DNA from: Eledone cirrhosa
Taxonomy: Eukaryota
NCBI GenBank assembly: GCA_964016885.1
Contig: OZ024743.1
Location: 253,828,001-253,892,000, forward strand
Reading direction: 5' to 3'
DNA: 64,000 nt
Shown here: positions 13,139 through 27,537 of the stretch, piece by piece
Position numbering within the stretch: position 1 is the stretch's first letter
Layout of the letters: each line of letters begins with the position of its first letter
Program-made: the position numbers and the translations under genes
The notes under the pieces: model-generated
What the model saw: the letters and a program-made list of their open reading frames with translations, nothing else
Databases searched by the model: none
What the model was told of the DNA's origin: nothing

Positions 13139-15650
13139 TTAATTAGGTTTATAATATTTGCAAGTTCTTCTAATTCTATGATTGCACGATATAATTAATT
13201 CTCGTCGCTTATTTAATAGGATACACTTAGATTTCATTAATTCAAAAAGTTCCTGGGAACATAATCTACACTCATATCTGTTATTGTGATAAGGGGTGGC
13301 CCTTTTGAGCACACTCCAGGTCAGGTTATAATCGATATTCTTTTTTCTATAATTATTAATTATTTCAGCCAAGGATGTTGTATTAGCTAATGTGGCATTT
13401 TTAAAACTGTATTTGTGGGTATTAAATCTTACTTTAAATGGATTAGAAATAGCTCCTATATATGAATAAGTTGAGTCCTTAGTGCTAATTTTACATTTAT
13501 ATACTATGTTATTAATAAGGCAATTTCCTTTCAATGGGCAATTTGCTTTGTTTCTACAGTTACAACCTTTCGTGAATATTATATCAGGGGAGTTAGCCAA
13601 ATTAGGTGTGGAATTTACTCGGCTTGTTGTATGTGAAGGAGATGGTGGTTTGCCGTGGTTTATTTTAGTATTATGGTTAGTTTGATGTGTTGGTCGTATA
13701 TTCATGTTTTTCCTTACATTTATATGCATTGTAGACACTTATATTTTTTTGTATATGTTTGGTAGTGGAGTAGGTGAATTTGACCGTTGATCTATTTAAA
13801 ATTTGATGGTATTTATGGTTTGGCGGGAAGTTTTTCTCTAGGATAGTAAAAGATTTTTTAGGAATATTATCTTATACCAAGTAACTCGTCTATTACGGTT
13901 TCGATGCTGTTTTTTTATTTTCATACGATGTATCCTGATGTTTACTAAGAGAGTTAGTATTAGTGAATTTATTATACATATGTTTAGTTAGATTCACTGA
14001 TTTAGGTGTTTTAGCCTGATTATTAGGAATTTTATTAATAATGTTATTAACATATATTGGAGTATTAGGATGAATGGTTTTTTGAAAGTTATTATATTGT
14101 ATGTGAGAAGAGGTAGAGAAATTAAGTTTTAAGTTGGTATTTTTAGGTATAGTGTGAGTGGCATTTAGGTGTGTATTTTTCATTTGGTGTTTGTTGGTAA
14201 TATTGGGTTGTATGTTTGTAGCATTATTGGTACAAGGTGTATATACTAATTAGTTTTTGTGGCCGCTTCTAGCTAAAGCTTCGTTATAAAAGGTCGCATT
14301 TTTATCGAATACATCCTGGTTAGATGAAAGGTTAGAAATTCTGAGTGAGATATTATATGCTAGGTTTTTAAGGATAGATCTAGGGTGATTGGATTGTGAG
14401 TGTATGTAATGTAAGTTTGGGTTAGGTTTATGGTAAGGATGGTAGATACCCGTAATCAGTCTAAAGTTAGATCAAGAAAATTAACTACTTTACTGGTGTT
14501 TTCAAATGTAATAGTGAGACTATAATAGTATTTTAGGAAAGTTCTAATAAGTTTTTTTATTTTTTTCAATTTCTGATAGGCTAAGGTTAGTGGAAAGAAG
14601 AAGACAGTCATCACAATATAAACCACCTTTAAGGTGGGGGAAAAAAGCATTTATGTTAAATAGACGAAAGAGGCCCACAAGATCGGTTATTTGGGCAGAA
14701 TCACTAGAGCCCATATTAATGTCGAATAGAATACTATATTTATTTCTGGTCCAGTATTCCTTCTGAAAATCCAGTAGTGTTTGTCTAGCGTGCGTGATAA
14801 TATTAATGTCATCCACAGTTAAGTTTGATCTATTTTTTGCAAATGTCAAGGCTTTGTTCAGGAGCATGGGTGATATATAGGGATAATAAGCATTTATATC
14901 GAATTGTAGAAATGAAGCAGATGATTTATTTCTAATATTAGTAAACCAGTTAATTACCTGGGATGTGTTTTCCAAGAGTGGTAAATTAACATGTTTTCTT
15001 AATTGTGGGATGACTCTATCTAAAATGTTTTTACTAATGATGCCATTGTAAGATTTGGAAGGGCGTATATGTCTTATAGAAGGATTAGAGTTAAAATTAG
15101 ATTTGTGATCTTTCAGGTTAAAGTGTGGTTTTTTCAGTGCCAAAGTTCAGTTCTATCTTCAATATTGAGTTTATTTACTATGTGTGTTTTGTTGTTGATA
15201 TTGGTAAGTGCCGCATTATTTGTTTTTTTATAATTTTTCATGTGTTCCTTATAAATGAACTCATTGTAATTATCAATATCCATGTGGTACAGATTTCCAG
15301 TTTTGTCAGAGTGGACATGGATTTTGTTAGATTTTTTTAGATCCAATAAGGTAGAATCAAGATCCTTTTGAAAATTAGATATATATTTCTTAAATTTGAG
15401 GTGTTTGATTTTGTTAAAAAGGTCTTTCTCGAAGTTGTCAAGCAAGCAGTTGTGTGGTGGCTTCTAATATGTAGTGAAATCATATAAATATTTCTTATCA
15501 GTACATTTTGTTTTTTTTATCAAAGTGGTAGGCCCTCCATCTGACCCTTTTGATGAATTGGTTGGTTTTTTGTATCATAAGAAGTACGAATTCATCCTTA
15601 GAAGGTATTGGTATATTCTTTAAAGAAGTTCCCAAGTATTGTTTTTCCAT
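13139..15650 (-). pseudogene. PLE reverse transcriptase + GIY-YIG endonuclease ORF, frameshifted
   Basis: ORF pieces 15134-15445, 14544-15143, 14456-14650 and 13139-13738 are collinear fragments. The catalytic YRDD is mutated to YCDD. Confidence 0.88.
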
Positions 15651-15928
15651 TGTAATATGGATACTGGACAAGAAAAAGAGCTCAACTATATATATAGGGA
15701 ATTATAAAATTATATATATAAATATAAAAAATATATATTAAAATATGTATAAAATTAGGTGCAAAGTATGTAGATAAATCTACCAAAATATACGGTAGTG
15801 TCCAATCCGTATAAAGAACTCAATGTAATCCAAATATCATGAAAAGAGATGTATTCAAAAATGTTTCGATGAAATTCACAGGAAAACAATGAATAAAAAC
15901 AAAGAATCAGTTCCTTATATTAAAAAAT

Positions 15929-16066
15929 TCATCATTTTAAGATTGTTTCTAGAATATATATGTGTGTGTTGGTATGTATATCATATAGATCTATGTAAAA
16001 ATTGTACAAACTATCAGAGGGAATATACATACCTACACATATATATGCTGTCTTCAGAAATAATGA
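15929..16066 (-). ncRNA. Hammerhead in the 5' pLTR, stem III decayed
   Basis: Paralog of 12302-12420. CGATCG has become CAATCT, and the stem II loop is longer. Confidence 0.6.
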
Positions 16067-16568
16067 TATTTGTTTATTGAAAAAAACCAACAAAGATTTA
16101 ATATAATAGGTCTGTTTGGGAACAGGTTTTGAATTGACCAATAGAAAAGTAGTAAGTCGTCAAGCTGATAGAATAGTAGTAGTAGTAGAAATTTAATTTA
16201 GGGGTAGAGGAATGCAGACTTCAGGTTTGAATGGAAAGAATATTTTGAATGAAAAGATTACTTTGGGGATGAAAAGAGGTCAAGCCGGTGAAAGGTACTC
16301 GAAAATTTGATGTTATTAAAGAATAATGCTAATGTTAAAATCGAAGGAGAATAACATTTTAGGACAAATGTGTTAGTGAGAAATACCAATCTTATTTAAA
16401 ACGAGGAATTTAGATCTATAAAAAGAAATTAAATTAATTTAATTGATAGCTATATTTATAGGGATAAATTTATATTAATTCATATACATGTGATAAATAA
16501 GAGTTAGATGTTATTAAAGAATGTTGTTAAAAATATATATATATATATATACACGTACACAAACATAC

Positions 16569-17006
<438 letters not shown>

Positions 17007-17101
17007 TTATACTTCACTCGTGTAGGACACCTCGGTTATTTTTCAATTTGTAAAAAAAACCTCACTTTCTAATATATATATATATATATATAATGTGTAA
17101 G

Positions 17102-17153
<52 letters not shown>

Positions 17154-17409
17154 CCGAAGTGAAATCAAGAGAAAAATCAAAGAAAAGAATGTTATTGATA
17201 AATTCCAACCCAAGCTAAATGAACAATAATAATGGGGCATTAATCCTACTATGACTATGTCTACGACCACTAACAATAACATAATAATAAAAGTGATGTT
17301 GATGGTGATGAATACTAGAAAATGCTATTTTCATCATTTCTAAAAATAGCAAAATAATTGATTCTTTGTATCGGGTCAAATAGTAGTCGTTAGACATACT
17401 CAACCAACC

Positions 17410-17520
17410 GTGACGCCTAAACCAATCAGCTTTAGTAATCCAATGAAACTACACACCGATTGGTCGAAATACAGTTTGCAAGATTTAGCATTCTGTAGCC
17501 ACTTTTCACTGTATATAAGG
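17410..17520 (+). promoter_or_regulatory. Candidate Pol II promoter in a pLTR (CCAAT x3 + TATA)
   Basis: TGACG at 17411, CCAAT at 17422 and 17440, ATTGG at 17459, TATATAAG at 17512. A hammerhead follows about 60 nt downstream. Confidence 0.45.
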
Positions 17521-17577
17521 CACAGATTTTACCCATCTCATTACAGTTGAAAATTGTAAACTTGACTGTCACCACAG

Positions 17578-17623
17578 AATATGAACCTGAAGATTGCGAA
17601 AGCATGAAAGTACTTGTTCAATT
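17578..17623 (+). ncRNA. Minimal type I hammerhead
   Basis: tgaac-CTGAAGA-t-tgc(gaaa)gca-t-GAAA-gtac-TT-gttca. It has a GNRA loop II and the palindrome AAGTACTT. Confidence 0.8.
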
Positions 17624-18419
17624 AATACTTAACATTTAATATTCTACCTTACAATTTCATTCTAATACCATTATACATTTTAAAGGATTGAAAATTAAAC
17701 GAGTAAATCAGACAAAGCTGGAATTCCTTTTATTAATATATATATATATATATCATAAATCATGTCCTTAGAATTATTAGATAACATATATACAATTTCC
17801 TCTCCCCATTAGCATAATTAACCATATAAAAAATCAATTAGACCAAGCTATAAGAATAAAGGCTCCTATGAAGAAATATTTGATAAATAACCGAAAGCAG
17901 CCTCTTCGCGGTTGACCACAATAGAGTATTTACCCAACATTTCAACAGCATGTAGAAACTGACCAAATATATCGTCAACCATACACAATTAGGTATAAAT
18001 TTAAAGTTAGAAGTAATGTGTACATACCGTAATTATATATATACCATGGTGTCGTTCGTATTTTGAAATATCCTATTAAGGATAAATCTCGAGTATCGAA
18101 CTCAGCAGGAGACAAACTCAATAGGACAGTTAATTTTCCAAAGCGATCCCGCCAGAAATAGATTTTAAAAATGGCTAAGAATCGTGACGTGGCAGTGGTC
18201 AAGTTAGAAAGAATGTGATTAGTTGCTTACGTCGAGTAGGCTGGTTGCTAGAATACGCAGCCCAATATCGCCCAAATTTCACCTCAACCCAACGGGAGAT
18301 TATTAAATATAAAGATTCACATATACATAATGTCACAGATATATATGTGGCAACCGTTCACAATGTGGCTCAATGAAGAATTATATATATATATATATAT
18401 ACACACACATAGAGGCAGA

Positions 18420-20690
18420 ATTCAAGTACATTATACATGTGGAAAAGGCAGATAGGTAAGAAGTACTTACATAACCATAGTACCGTGAGGCGGATCGAGA
18501 TGGGGGTAGGGGTAGAGTGGGATGGAGATGGAGGTTTTGTCGCGTGGGTTTATTTAAAAAATGTTTTTTTATCCATCTAGTTTCAACACTGGCTTAAGAT
18601 ATTTGAAAGTTGCAAACCTTTTGTGCATGCAATTCGGGCAGTGTTCAGAGAGTTTGTTCAGGGTCGGGCTCTTGGCAAGTAGTATTTCGTAGGTCTCTGA
18701 AATACAAAGGTCGCAACACTTGTGTCCTCCCATGTATAAGCGCGATTTCGGGAGTAATTTCCATTTGAGCGTGAAAGGGTGGAGTTCCTCTTGAGGTTCC
18801 AGACATAGGAGGCGACTGTTGTCTGATTGGATTTGTCCACTCTACTGAAAGAGTGGGTATGGGCATACCACCGGGTCTTAAAGTTGTTGGAAGTTATTCC
18901 GATATAAGTCTTTTTGTTGTTGTCACCAGTGCTTAAGATGACATCACATTTATATACGATTTCATTTGTCAGAATTTGTTTTCAAGTGGACAGGCTTCCT
19001 TATTTTGGCAGTTGCACAAAGTCCCGTCCGGGGTGGGTTTCGGAGGTAGTAAGCTTATTTAATTGTGTAGTGTTGAGATTGGCTATATTCTAGCTAGGTT
19101 AGGTGTAGTGGAGTAGGAGAGTATTGTAGTATTCTTGTTAAAGATAGTGTAGTACCTATGTTGTGTGGAGAAGTGTATATTCAGCAACTTGCAGAAAGTC
19201 CTAGCTATAGGTGTAAAAACCTCTCTATTGAAAGGGGGCTTGTACCAACAAATCTGCCTATGCTTTATTTCTCCTAGGTAGACTTGGGGTGGTATCTAGA
19301 TAAGTAATGTTTTCTTTAAAGCCACTGCGGGTGAGGGCGTCGTTCTAGTAAGGGGCAGAGGTGCTAAAGATATCTTCAATGGCCGAGAGATCGGAAATTC
19401 TGAGTGAGACGCTTTTAGCTAAGTTATCTGTGGTGTTTTGGGGGTGGTTCCAATTAACATTTATATATCTGAGGGACTCGTTAGGTTTGTAGTATGGGTA
19501 ATAGCGGGAAGTATCTAGGTCGAGAGGGACATCTAAAAAGTTGGCCCTAGTCATATTTGATTCTATGGTTATTCTAAATCCTAGATTACGGAAGAACGAG
19601 CTTAGATTTCTCCGAAACCCATCAGTGGTTCTGGGGTTTACTTTGTGCAAGGTGAATAGGCCATCATCTCGGTATAATCCTCCGGTTATGCCCATAAAGA
19701 GGTCCTTTAGGTGGTATAAGATGTACAGTCCCTCGAGATCGCTAAATTCAGCCGAGTCACTTGCTGACGTCAAAAAGGTTCTCAGACTTCTTGTTAATCC
19801 AGTAAGATCCCTCATCGTGTAGAAGGGTCTTACGGGCGTGATGGATCACATCCTGCTCAGCGTCGGTTATGGTGGTAAAATCAATGGCTAAAGCAAGTAC
19901 ATCCTTCAGTAGAGGCTCTGTGATAGAAGCCTAGTAGTCTTCTGTCGAGTTGCAGAAAGCAAGTGTAGCATTTATCGGGCAATTCTTGGAACCAAGAGGT
20001 TGCTTCTGAAGTTCTGTTCCAGAGTGGGAGAGGTGAGACCGCTTACAGTGATGGTAGAATTCTATCAAGGATCTTTTTGCCGATAGAACTGATGTCCGAA
20101 CGTGTGGGGTTGGTAAGTCTGACTGATGGTTTGTTGAGGGAGTTTCCCTTGTGGTCCTTCAGGGTAGAGTGAGGGTCCCTACTCTTATTGGTTTCGTTCG
20201 GTCGTCTATTTTAAGGGACTTTGCAAATTCTTTTCCGACCACATTGATCTCAGTCAAAGCCATCTCATTCACCTTTTTGTAGGTAGTCGTGATAGCATTT
20301 TTTGCCAGCTTATTATAGGTCGGTAGGTCCACCTCATATACGTTTTTGGTTTTATCGGAGGTGACATGAGATTGGGGGAACTTTTCATTTTCCGCATTTC
20401 GTTTTTTAAGTAGGCCTCGAATGGTGTGTTGGCTCTACGAAATTAAATATCTTTGATCATCTTCAAGAGGTCTTCCTCAAATGGTGCAAGGAGGCTGTTG
20501 GTGGGTGGTACCTTATTCGTTTTGAAACCGAACTTCTCATCATTGGTAGATGCTACATCAGGGTGGTCGAAGAAGGCTCTCCATATAATTCACTTAATGA
20601 ACTCGTCTGTACGTCTGGTGAGTGTTTTAAAGTATTGTTTCCTTGAAGGGATCGGGATGTTCTTCATGGAGACATCGAGGTCGAGTTTGG

Positions 20691-20696
<6 letters not shown>
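18420..20696 (-). mobile_element. Second Naiad-type Penelope-like element, decayed
   Basis: [14 protein letters not shown]-terminus, RT GGLYRDDGL..NFLDVPLDL..YYPYYKPN, and EN CNCQNKEACPL. Multiple stops and frameshifts, with TA repeats at the borders. Confidence 0.88.
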
Positions 20697-20756
<60 letters not shown>

Positions 20757-22399
20757 GTATATACGCATGTGTGTATGTGTTTTCAAATATATGTAAGTAC
20801 GCACACACATATTTATATATAAACACCCACCTACTTAGATACAGACATATAGGTGTTAGCCAATTCTCATTAATAAACCATTTGTGCCTGCAGGTATTTA
20901 GCTGCAATGTTTTCAGATTTAATACTACAGAATGTCTTCAAATCTTAATCATGACATACGATATAAACATTATTTAAACAAACTATAGTCCAATAACATT
21001 TTAATTTTTCTATTAATGATCTGATGACTATGCACATTGACATAAAATGGTAACGTAGCTTTTTTTGTTGCCATAATTTTCATGAAAGATTTAACCTCTC
21101 ACAAATGTTCTTATATAGAATTTTGATAAAAGGTTTTTAAATGAATGTATACTGTTTAACACAAACAGTTTTGCATTGTAGAATCAGGGGCAGGTTCAGG
21201 GTTTTGTATCAAAAGAGTTAATAATATCTACTGAATATGTAAAGTAAAGTTAAAGTTGACCCTTTCATTACTGTATTTTAAATGAAAGACACTGCCTATA
21301 ATTTTTGAACAATTTTAAATTATCAAGAATTTAATAATACAATTAAATTTTTCATTATTTATCTTGTGTTTGGAACATTGCTTTATAAAATGTCTTATAT
21401 AAAGTTATGGTGGAATGATTTTAGATTAGTATAAACAATTTCAACTTTTCAGCACCCTATTTCTAATGAAAGGCACTACCTATAATGTTTAAATTAATCA
21501 AGAATTCGGAAAAATTTAGTAAAATAACCAACTTCCTCAATATTTATGTGATGTTTGGAGCATAATTTAAAATTTCGTGCATTAAAGTATGATGGAAATT
21601 TTTAGATAAATATAAACCTTTGAAAACAAACACATTTGTACCATAGAATCAAGGGCAGTTTGGCACGGAAAAGTTAAGTATTTCTTGAATCTATGGGATC
21701 ACCAGACTGGACCTTATCACTATTAATCTCAAAGGGTCTACAAAGGGTCATGCCCCCTCCCCTTCCTCACCAGATGGTACAAAACGCCTTTCTTTCTAAC
21801 ATCTGATTGGTCAGTCAACTTTTCAATTTAACTACTAAACTATGACAAAACACAAAACTTATTTGATTTGATAACTGAATATATATAGATAAATAAATAA
21901 ATATGAAAACAACAACACGAAAACAAAAATACAATAATACTAAAAAATGAAGAAGCTTTAGAATAATTTACTCTTTGAACACATATATATACATGTGTTA
22001 AATTGTTAAACAAATTTGTTTAACAATTTGTAATATAACAGATCTCTTGTCTATTTGACTTAAATACATTTGTAAACAATATTGTGAAGAAGAAAAAAAG
22101 AATGAATAAACAATTAAAAACTAATAAGAAAATAAAACACTATACATTCTGCTCAATAAGATTCTTTGTATATAAGATTCTCTCAGTCAGAGGTGATACA
22201 ATAGTTATCTTACAAATCTATTTTATTTGACAAAGAATAAATAATAAAATAAATGACAAAAGTGAAAGGTAAATCGATAAAGACAAAGACAGGTAAAAAG
22301 AAGAAATAAAAATAAAATAAAAAACAAAAAAATCACTTGTTTTGTTTAAAGAGCACAATTAAATAAATAAATGAAATCAAATCTAGTTGTTGTGTTTAC

Positions 22400-22514
22400 A
22401 TCATTATTATTTATATTATCACTATTATTATCATCGTTACTACTACTAGTATTACTAATCCTACTATTATATATATTATTATTACCACAGTTTTTCGTAC
22501 TATTAGTAATTATT

Positions 22515-22562
<48 letters not shown>

Positions 22563-22645
22563 GTTGTTGTTACTAATACTATTGTTACGATTATTAGTGT
22601 CATTGTTATCGTTGTTGCTACTAATAGTATTATTATTACTATTAC
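22400..22645. repeat. (ATT)n/(GTT)n trinucleotide low-complexity tract
   Basis: Read directly from the sequence. A similar tract lies at 52660-52815. Confidence 0.9.
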
Positions 22646-23125
22646 AATGGTAGTTCTTATTTTAAAGACACATCTTGATTGCATTCATTTAAAGAATTGT
22701 TGTGAGATAATCTTCTTATGAAACTTTGTTGTTTCAAAAGATATGATTAAAAATAGATTAAGTTGGTTGTGGTTTGTAAATCTATGTCTAAACGGCATTT
22801 AACGAACTTAGACATAAAAGGAGAGAAAAATAACACAATTTAATGAAAATATTTCGTTAACCTTATTTATTTAATAAATAGAAGTGCGGTCGTGAATGTG
22901 TAGATAAGCAATTCACTTCGTATCCATGACGTTTTGGATTTAGTGACATCTAGCACAAATGCCTTTCAAAATAGCCTCAGGTTGACCAAAGCCCGTGAGG
23001 GTTATTTCATAGACAAAAACTACATGAAAGATGCTCGTGCAATCACACACTTATTTGGTAACAAGAGGTTTATTCTTCAAGGCTAAAAGTTTATTTCTTG
23101 GGTAACTTTTTGAAATGCAACTATG

Positions 23126-23165
<40 letters not shown>

Positions 23166-23244
23166 AATAGAAGGCCTGAATGCAAAATTTACTTTAGAAT
23201 TTTAATTCCATGAAAGCATTATACATATTTTGATGGCACAGGTC

Positions 23245-24372
23245 TGTAGCGAAATCTGTCCGCGCCTTAAACTTTGGGTGATGCCTAAAGGTTAAATCCT
23301 AGGTCAACACTCTCTTTGGTGCAGACAGGTGGATTCGTTGCCTGTCCTCTCAAGGTGGAGGACAGGAAGTGACATCTATATACAGACCATGTACAAGCAA
23401 TTCCACACACAGTATCGAAGCGATAGGATATACAACTACATATGTAAGGATTTACTGCTATCAATAGAGCCCCAGTGGTCTACAAACAGAGATATCGAAG
23501 CGCTAGGATACACAACTAATATGTAAGGATTTACTGCTATCAATAGACCCCCAGTGGTCTACAGACAGAGACATCGGAGCACCCCACTACATAACAAGCT
23601 ATGTAAAAAATCACCACTATTCAGCAGACCCCATGAAGTCTATAGATACACCCAGAGCAATGGAACCCTGCTATACAGAACACAAATGTGGAAGATTCAC
23701 CGCTGTATGGAGTTCATGGTATTTCTCAGTTACTACAGATCATTCAGAGCTATACATGCCATACTCTCTTACTAACACAGTCAAACAACTATTACCACAA
23801 ATTCCAACAACAACAACAATTATCTGTAACTCACTGTTTTAACACTACCAACAACAGACTACACATTAACAACAAAATAATATTGTCAATCTTTGCAACT
23901 TATGGTAACTTGTTTATTGTATCCTTTTAATTGATTCACGTGAAGTAAACTATATATAACCAAATCATATATTCTTATATAATTTATATTATATTCATGC
24001 AACATTGTTATTATCATAACAATAAAATAACAACTAAATAACCAACATATCTATTCTATACATATTACCATACTATCCATTATATAACTATTTCTTTCTT
24101 ATTCATATCCTTCGTTACGTTGGTAAATCCCGACGTGATTAAAAAAATAAATAAATAAAATAACGAAGTGGTATTTAAAAAAAAAATTAAAATTACACGC
24201 AGCCTATTTGATATGATCATGGTTTTATTGGCCAACCTCAGCTATATACAGTTACCAAACACTTTCACTTGCTTCGTAATCTCCACCAATAACAATGGAC
24301 AATTACTTCTACCTTCCTAGCAAGAAAACCATCACATAGGGAAGAGAAATAGAACTTTTTTTAAAGAACAAT

Positions 24373-24415
<43 letters not shown>

Positions 24416-25847
24416 TTACAGGTTGTATATGAATGTCATTTTTTTTCTTTTTTTCTTTTTTATTCGTTTTACTGCATTATATGCCTGTATGAATAACACG
24501 TTTTACATCAAACACACATCATTTTCCTTGTCACACACCAACATGTTTTTGTCTGTGGTATATTCTGGATTCGGTTGGGTCTCTGCGGGATCACTTTTCG
24601 ACTGGCGAAAGCTATGTGACACATGATAATCAGCCAACGGTTACTTTTAGCTCGACTGACTGAGCGCTGCAACTCAAAATTGCACACACTCATGTCATAG
24701 CGTAAATCTCGACTCACTGAAGAGAATCTTACATATGATGATACATCGAAAGAAATAGTCCTCTGTGTTGTCATATCATAATCCGATACCGTAACCCACC
24801 CATCCATACACAACAGTTCGAAATACATGACCACAACTTTGTATGTTTACAGTTCCTTCTAAATGTTACACACTCACTTTCATACTCAGTCATACTATAT
24901 TTTCTCTCTCAAAATTTCTCTACACTCGAAGTGTGGGTGCAGTACCCACATTTTGTGTGTTTTGGGACACACTTCTAGGAATCAGATTCCGCTACCCCTT
25001 TTATAATCGATCGCTGCTCCGGCATCGATCTGGGTAGGGAACTAATGTAGCGAAAGCTGTCCGCCCTTCGAACTTTGGGTGATACCTAAAGGTTAAATCC
25101 TAGGTCAACATTCTCTTTGGTGTAGACAGGTGGATTCGTTGGCTGTCCTCTCAAGGTGGGGGACAGGAAGTGGCAGCTATATACAGACCATGTACAAGCA
25201 ATTCCACACAGAGTATCGAAGCGATAGGATATACAACTAAATATGTAAGGATTTACTGCTATCAATAGACCCCCAGTGGTCTACAAACAGGGATATCGAA
25301 GCGCTTGGAAAAGCAACTAATATGTAAAGATTTACTACTATCAATAGACCCACAGTGGTCTACAGACAGAGACATCGGAGCACCCCACTACAGAACAAAC
25401 TACGTAAAGATTCACCACTATTCAGCAGACCCCATGAAGTCTACAGATACACCCAAAGCGATTGGAACCCTGCTATACAGAACACAAATGTGGAAGATTC
25501 ACCGCTGTATGGAGTTCATGGTATTTCTCAGTTACTACAGACCATTCAGAGCTATACATACCATACTCTCTTACTAACACGGTCTAACAACTATTACCAC
25601 GAATTCCAACAACAACAATTATCTGTAACTCGCTGTTTTAACACCAACAACAACAGACTACACATTAACAACAAAATAATATTGTCAATCTTTGCAACTT
25701 ATGGTAACTTGTTTATTGTACCCTTTTAATTGATTCACGTGAAGTAAACAATATATAACCAAATCATTTAAATCTTAATATTCTTTATATCCTTTATATT
25801 CTTTATATTCACGTTATTATTCCTTATATTATATTCATATTATTACA
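23245..25847 (+). mobile_element. Non-autonomous LTR retrotransposon (Gypsy-type signals)
   Basis: Direct repeats start TGTAGCGAAA at 23245 and 25046 (~720 bp alignable). PBS tggtaaatcccgacgtgatt at 24121-24140, PPT gggtagggaa at 25032-25041. The ~0.9 kb interior shows no gag/pol similarity by eye, and no TSD was found. Confidence 0.75.
24121..24140 (+). promoter_or_regulatory. Primer-binding site complementary to the tRNA-Trp 3' end
   Basis: Resembles TGGTGACCCCGACGTGATT, the reverse complement of the eukaryotic tRNA-Trp 3' end (from memory). It sits immediately after the 5' LTR end gttacg. Confidence 0.7.
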
Positions 25848-26699
25848 TCTAACAATTTTGTTATAATCATTTCTAATAACCACATATAACTTTCTAAACT
25901 TAACCTTTCGTTAAAGGTTTACCATGATGCAAGACTAGATGATTTCATTAGGTGTTATTTTGTAGAATTATGTAACAGGATTACGTTGAAACCAAACATA
26001 GAATGGAAGATTGGAAATAGAGAAAAAATAGAAAAGTTGATTTGGGGAGAGCCTGCAACTATGGCGATGTATCGATAGCAGATATTGAAATGACTTTTAA
26101 AAGACTAGACCACTTTCATTTCTTTGAAATCAAGTGAATGACACATTTCTATAGGAAATAAACGAAAACAATCTTATATAAGAACCATATGTGAAATTAT
26201 TATCTTAGTAAAGAAATAATTAATAATTTAAGTAAATCCCTCAAATTTCTTCATTAACCCTTTTAATACCAACTTGGCCAAAACCAGCGCTGATTCTATG
26301 TAACAAAAGCAATTTATATTAAAGGGTTCTTATTTAAATTAAAATTTTCCAACATAATTTTATATGATAATATATGAAGTTATATATTAATTTACTATTT
26401 AAGTAAATCTTTCAGAGTTCTGAATGAATTTATTGAGACAGTGTATGACATTAGAAGTATGGTCACGTAAATATTAACTATAGCTGCATCGATTTAGGGA
26501 CAACCTTTAAAAGCATCTTAGTGAAACTTAGTAATATTGGATTACACATTCATTAAGAGACAACCAGTACAAAGCTTCCTCCTGGACATTGTGTGTCACC
26601 CAGTATAGGAATTGAAACTACGTCCTTATGAGTGTAAAGCCAACACCTTCACCCACATTCACAGCATCTTAGTAACAAACCAAAAGCAGATATAAATTA

Positions 26700-26860
26700 A
26701 ACTACCAACGAAAACAAACAGTAACAGCAACAAAAATAGCAACAACAACAACGATGATAGCAAATCAACAGCAGTAGCAACTGCAACAACAGCAACAATA
26801 ACAACAGTAACAACATCAACAACAGCAGCAATAGCAACAAAAACAGCAATAGAAATGGCA
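26700..26860. repeat. Degenerate (CAA/CAG)n tract
   Basis: Read directly from the sequence. Confidence 0.8.
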
Positions 26861-27371
26861 GCCTCCTATCCTTTTACTATAGGAAACATAGAAAGGGACA
26901 CATATGTAAGAAACTAACTGTGTTGATACCCATATCTAACATCATGATTTACCGTTTTCTCTCCTCCAAAATCAATGCAATAATGTGTAGTATTTACTTC
27001 AGGATTAAGTGCTATATAGTGCTGAAGAGCAAGAAAAATTAAAACCTAATACCATTCCCTCTAAACTTCTTCCGGTGATATCTACCCCCTGCATGTATGT
27101 ATGTGTCTAATGTAAATGGTGGTTATTAGCATTTTGACTTGTTTTTCTCTTTTGTAAAACATCAGCTCACAACCGTACATTTGCCATGCTGTTCAGAGAT
27201 GTCACCTCCCCCCTACACTTGCAGCTTACTAATTCTAAAGATATGTAAACCTTTCTACCTCCACCCTATTCTGTAAATTACATGTGTTCTTTTGATGGAT
27301 TAATGTGCTTACATCTGAAATACAACTGACAAAATACAACCATTTCAATATTAGCTATTAAGTATTATGTA

Positions 27372-27411
<40 letters not shown>

Positions 27412-27504
27412 AATATATCTACACACACATTTATAGGCATAAGTAATTTATATAAAAAAAATTCGATAACCACAGACGTTGTAGTACACATACACACACA
27501 CACG

Positions 27505-27537
<33 letters not shown>

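Larger units (their letters stand above)
12255..16533 (-). mobile_element. Near full-length Naiad-type Penelope-like element with direct pLTRs
   Basis: A ~630 bp direct repeat lies at 12255-12885 and 15885-16533. Between them is a broken ORF: MEKQYLGTSLKNIPIPS, an RT (FLQFDINAYYP..MGSSDSAQITDLVG..GGLYCDD..NFLDLTL), and an EN (CNCRNKANCPLKGNC..IVY..YIG..CRLC..LNKRRELIISCNH). Confidence 0.9.

Noticed and set aside
23412-23570. CRISPR-like appearance of the ~79-bp repeats
   Set aside because: They are tandem subrepeats without unique spacers inside an LTR, in a eukaryotic context with no cas genes.
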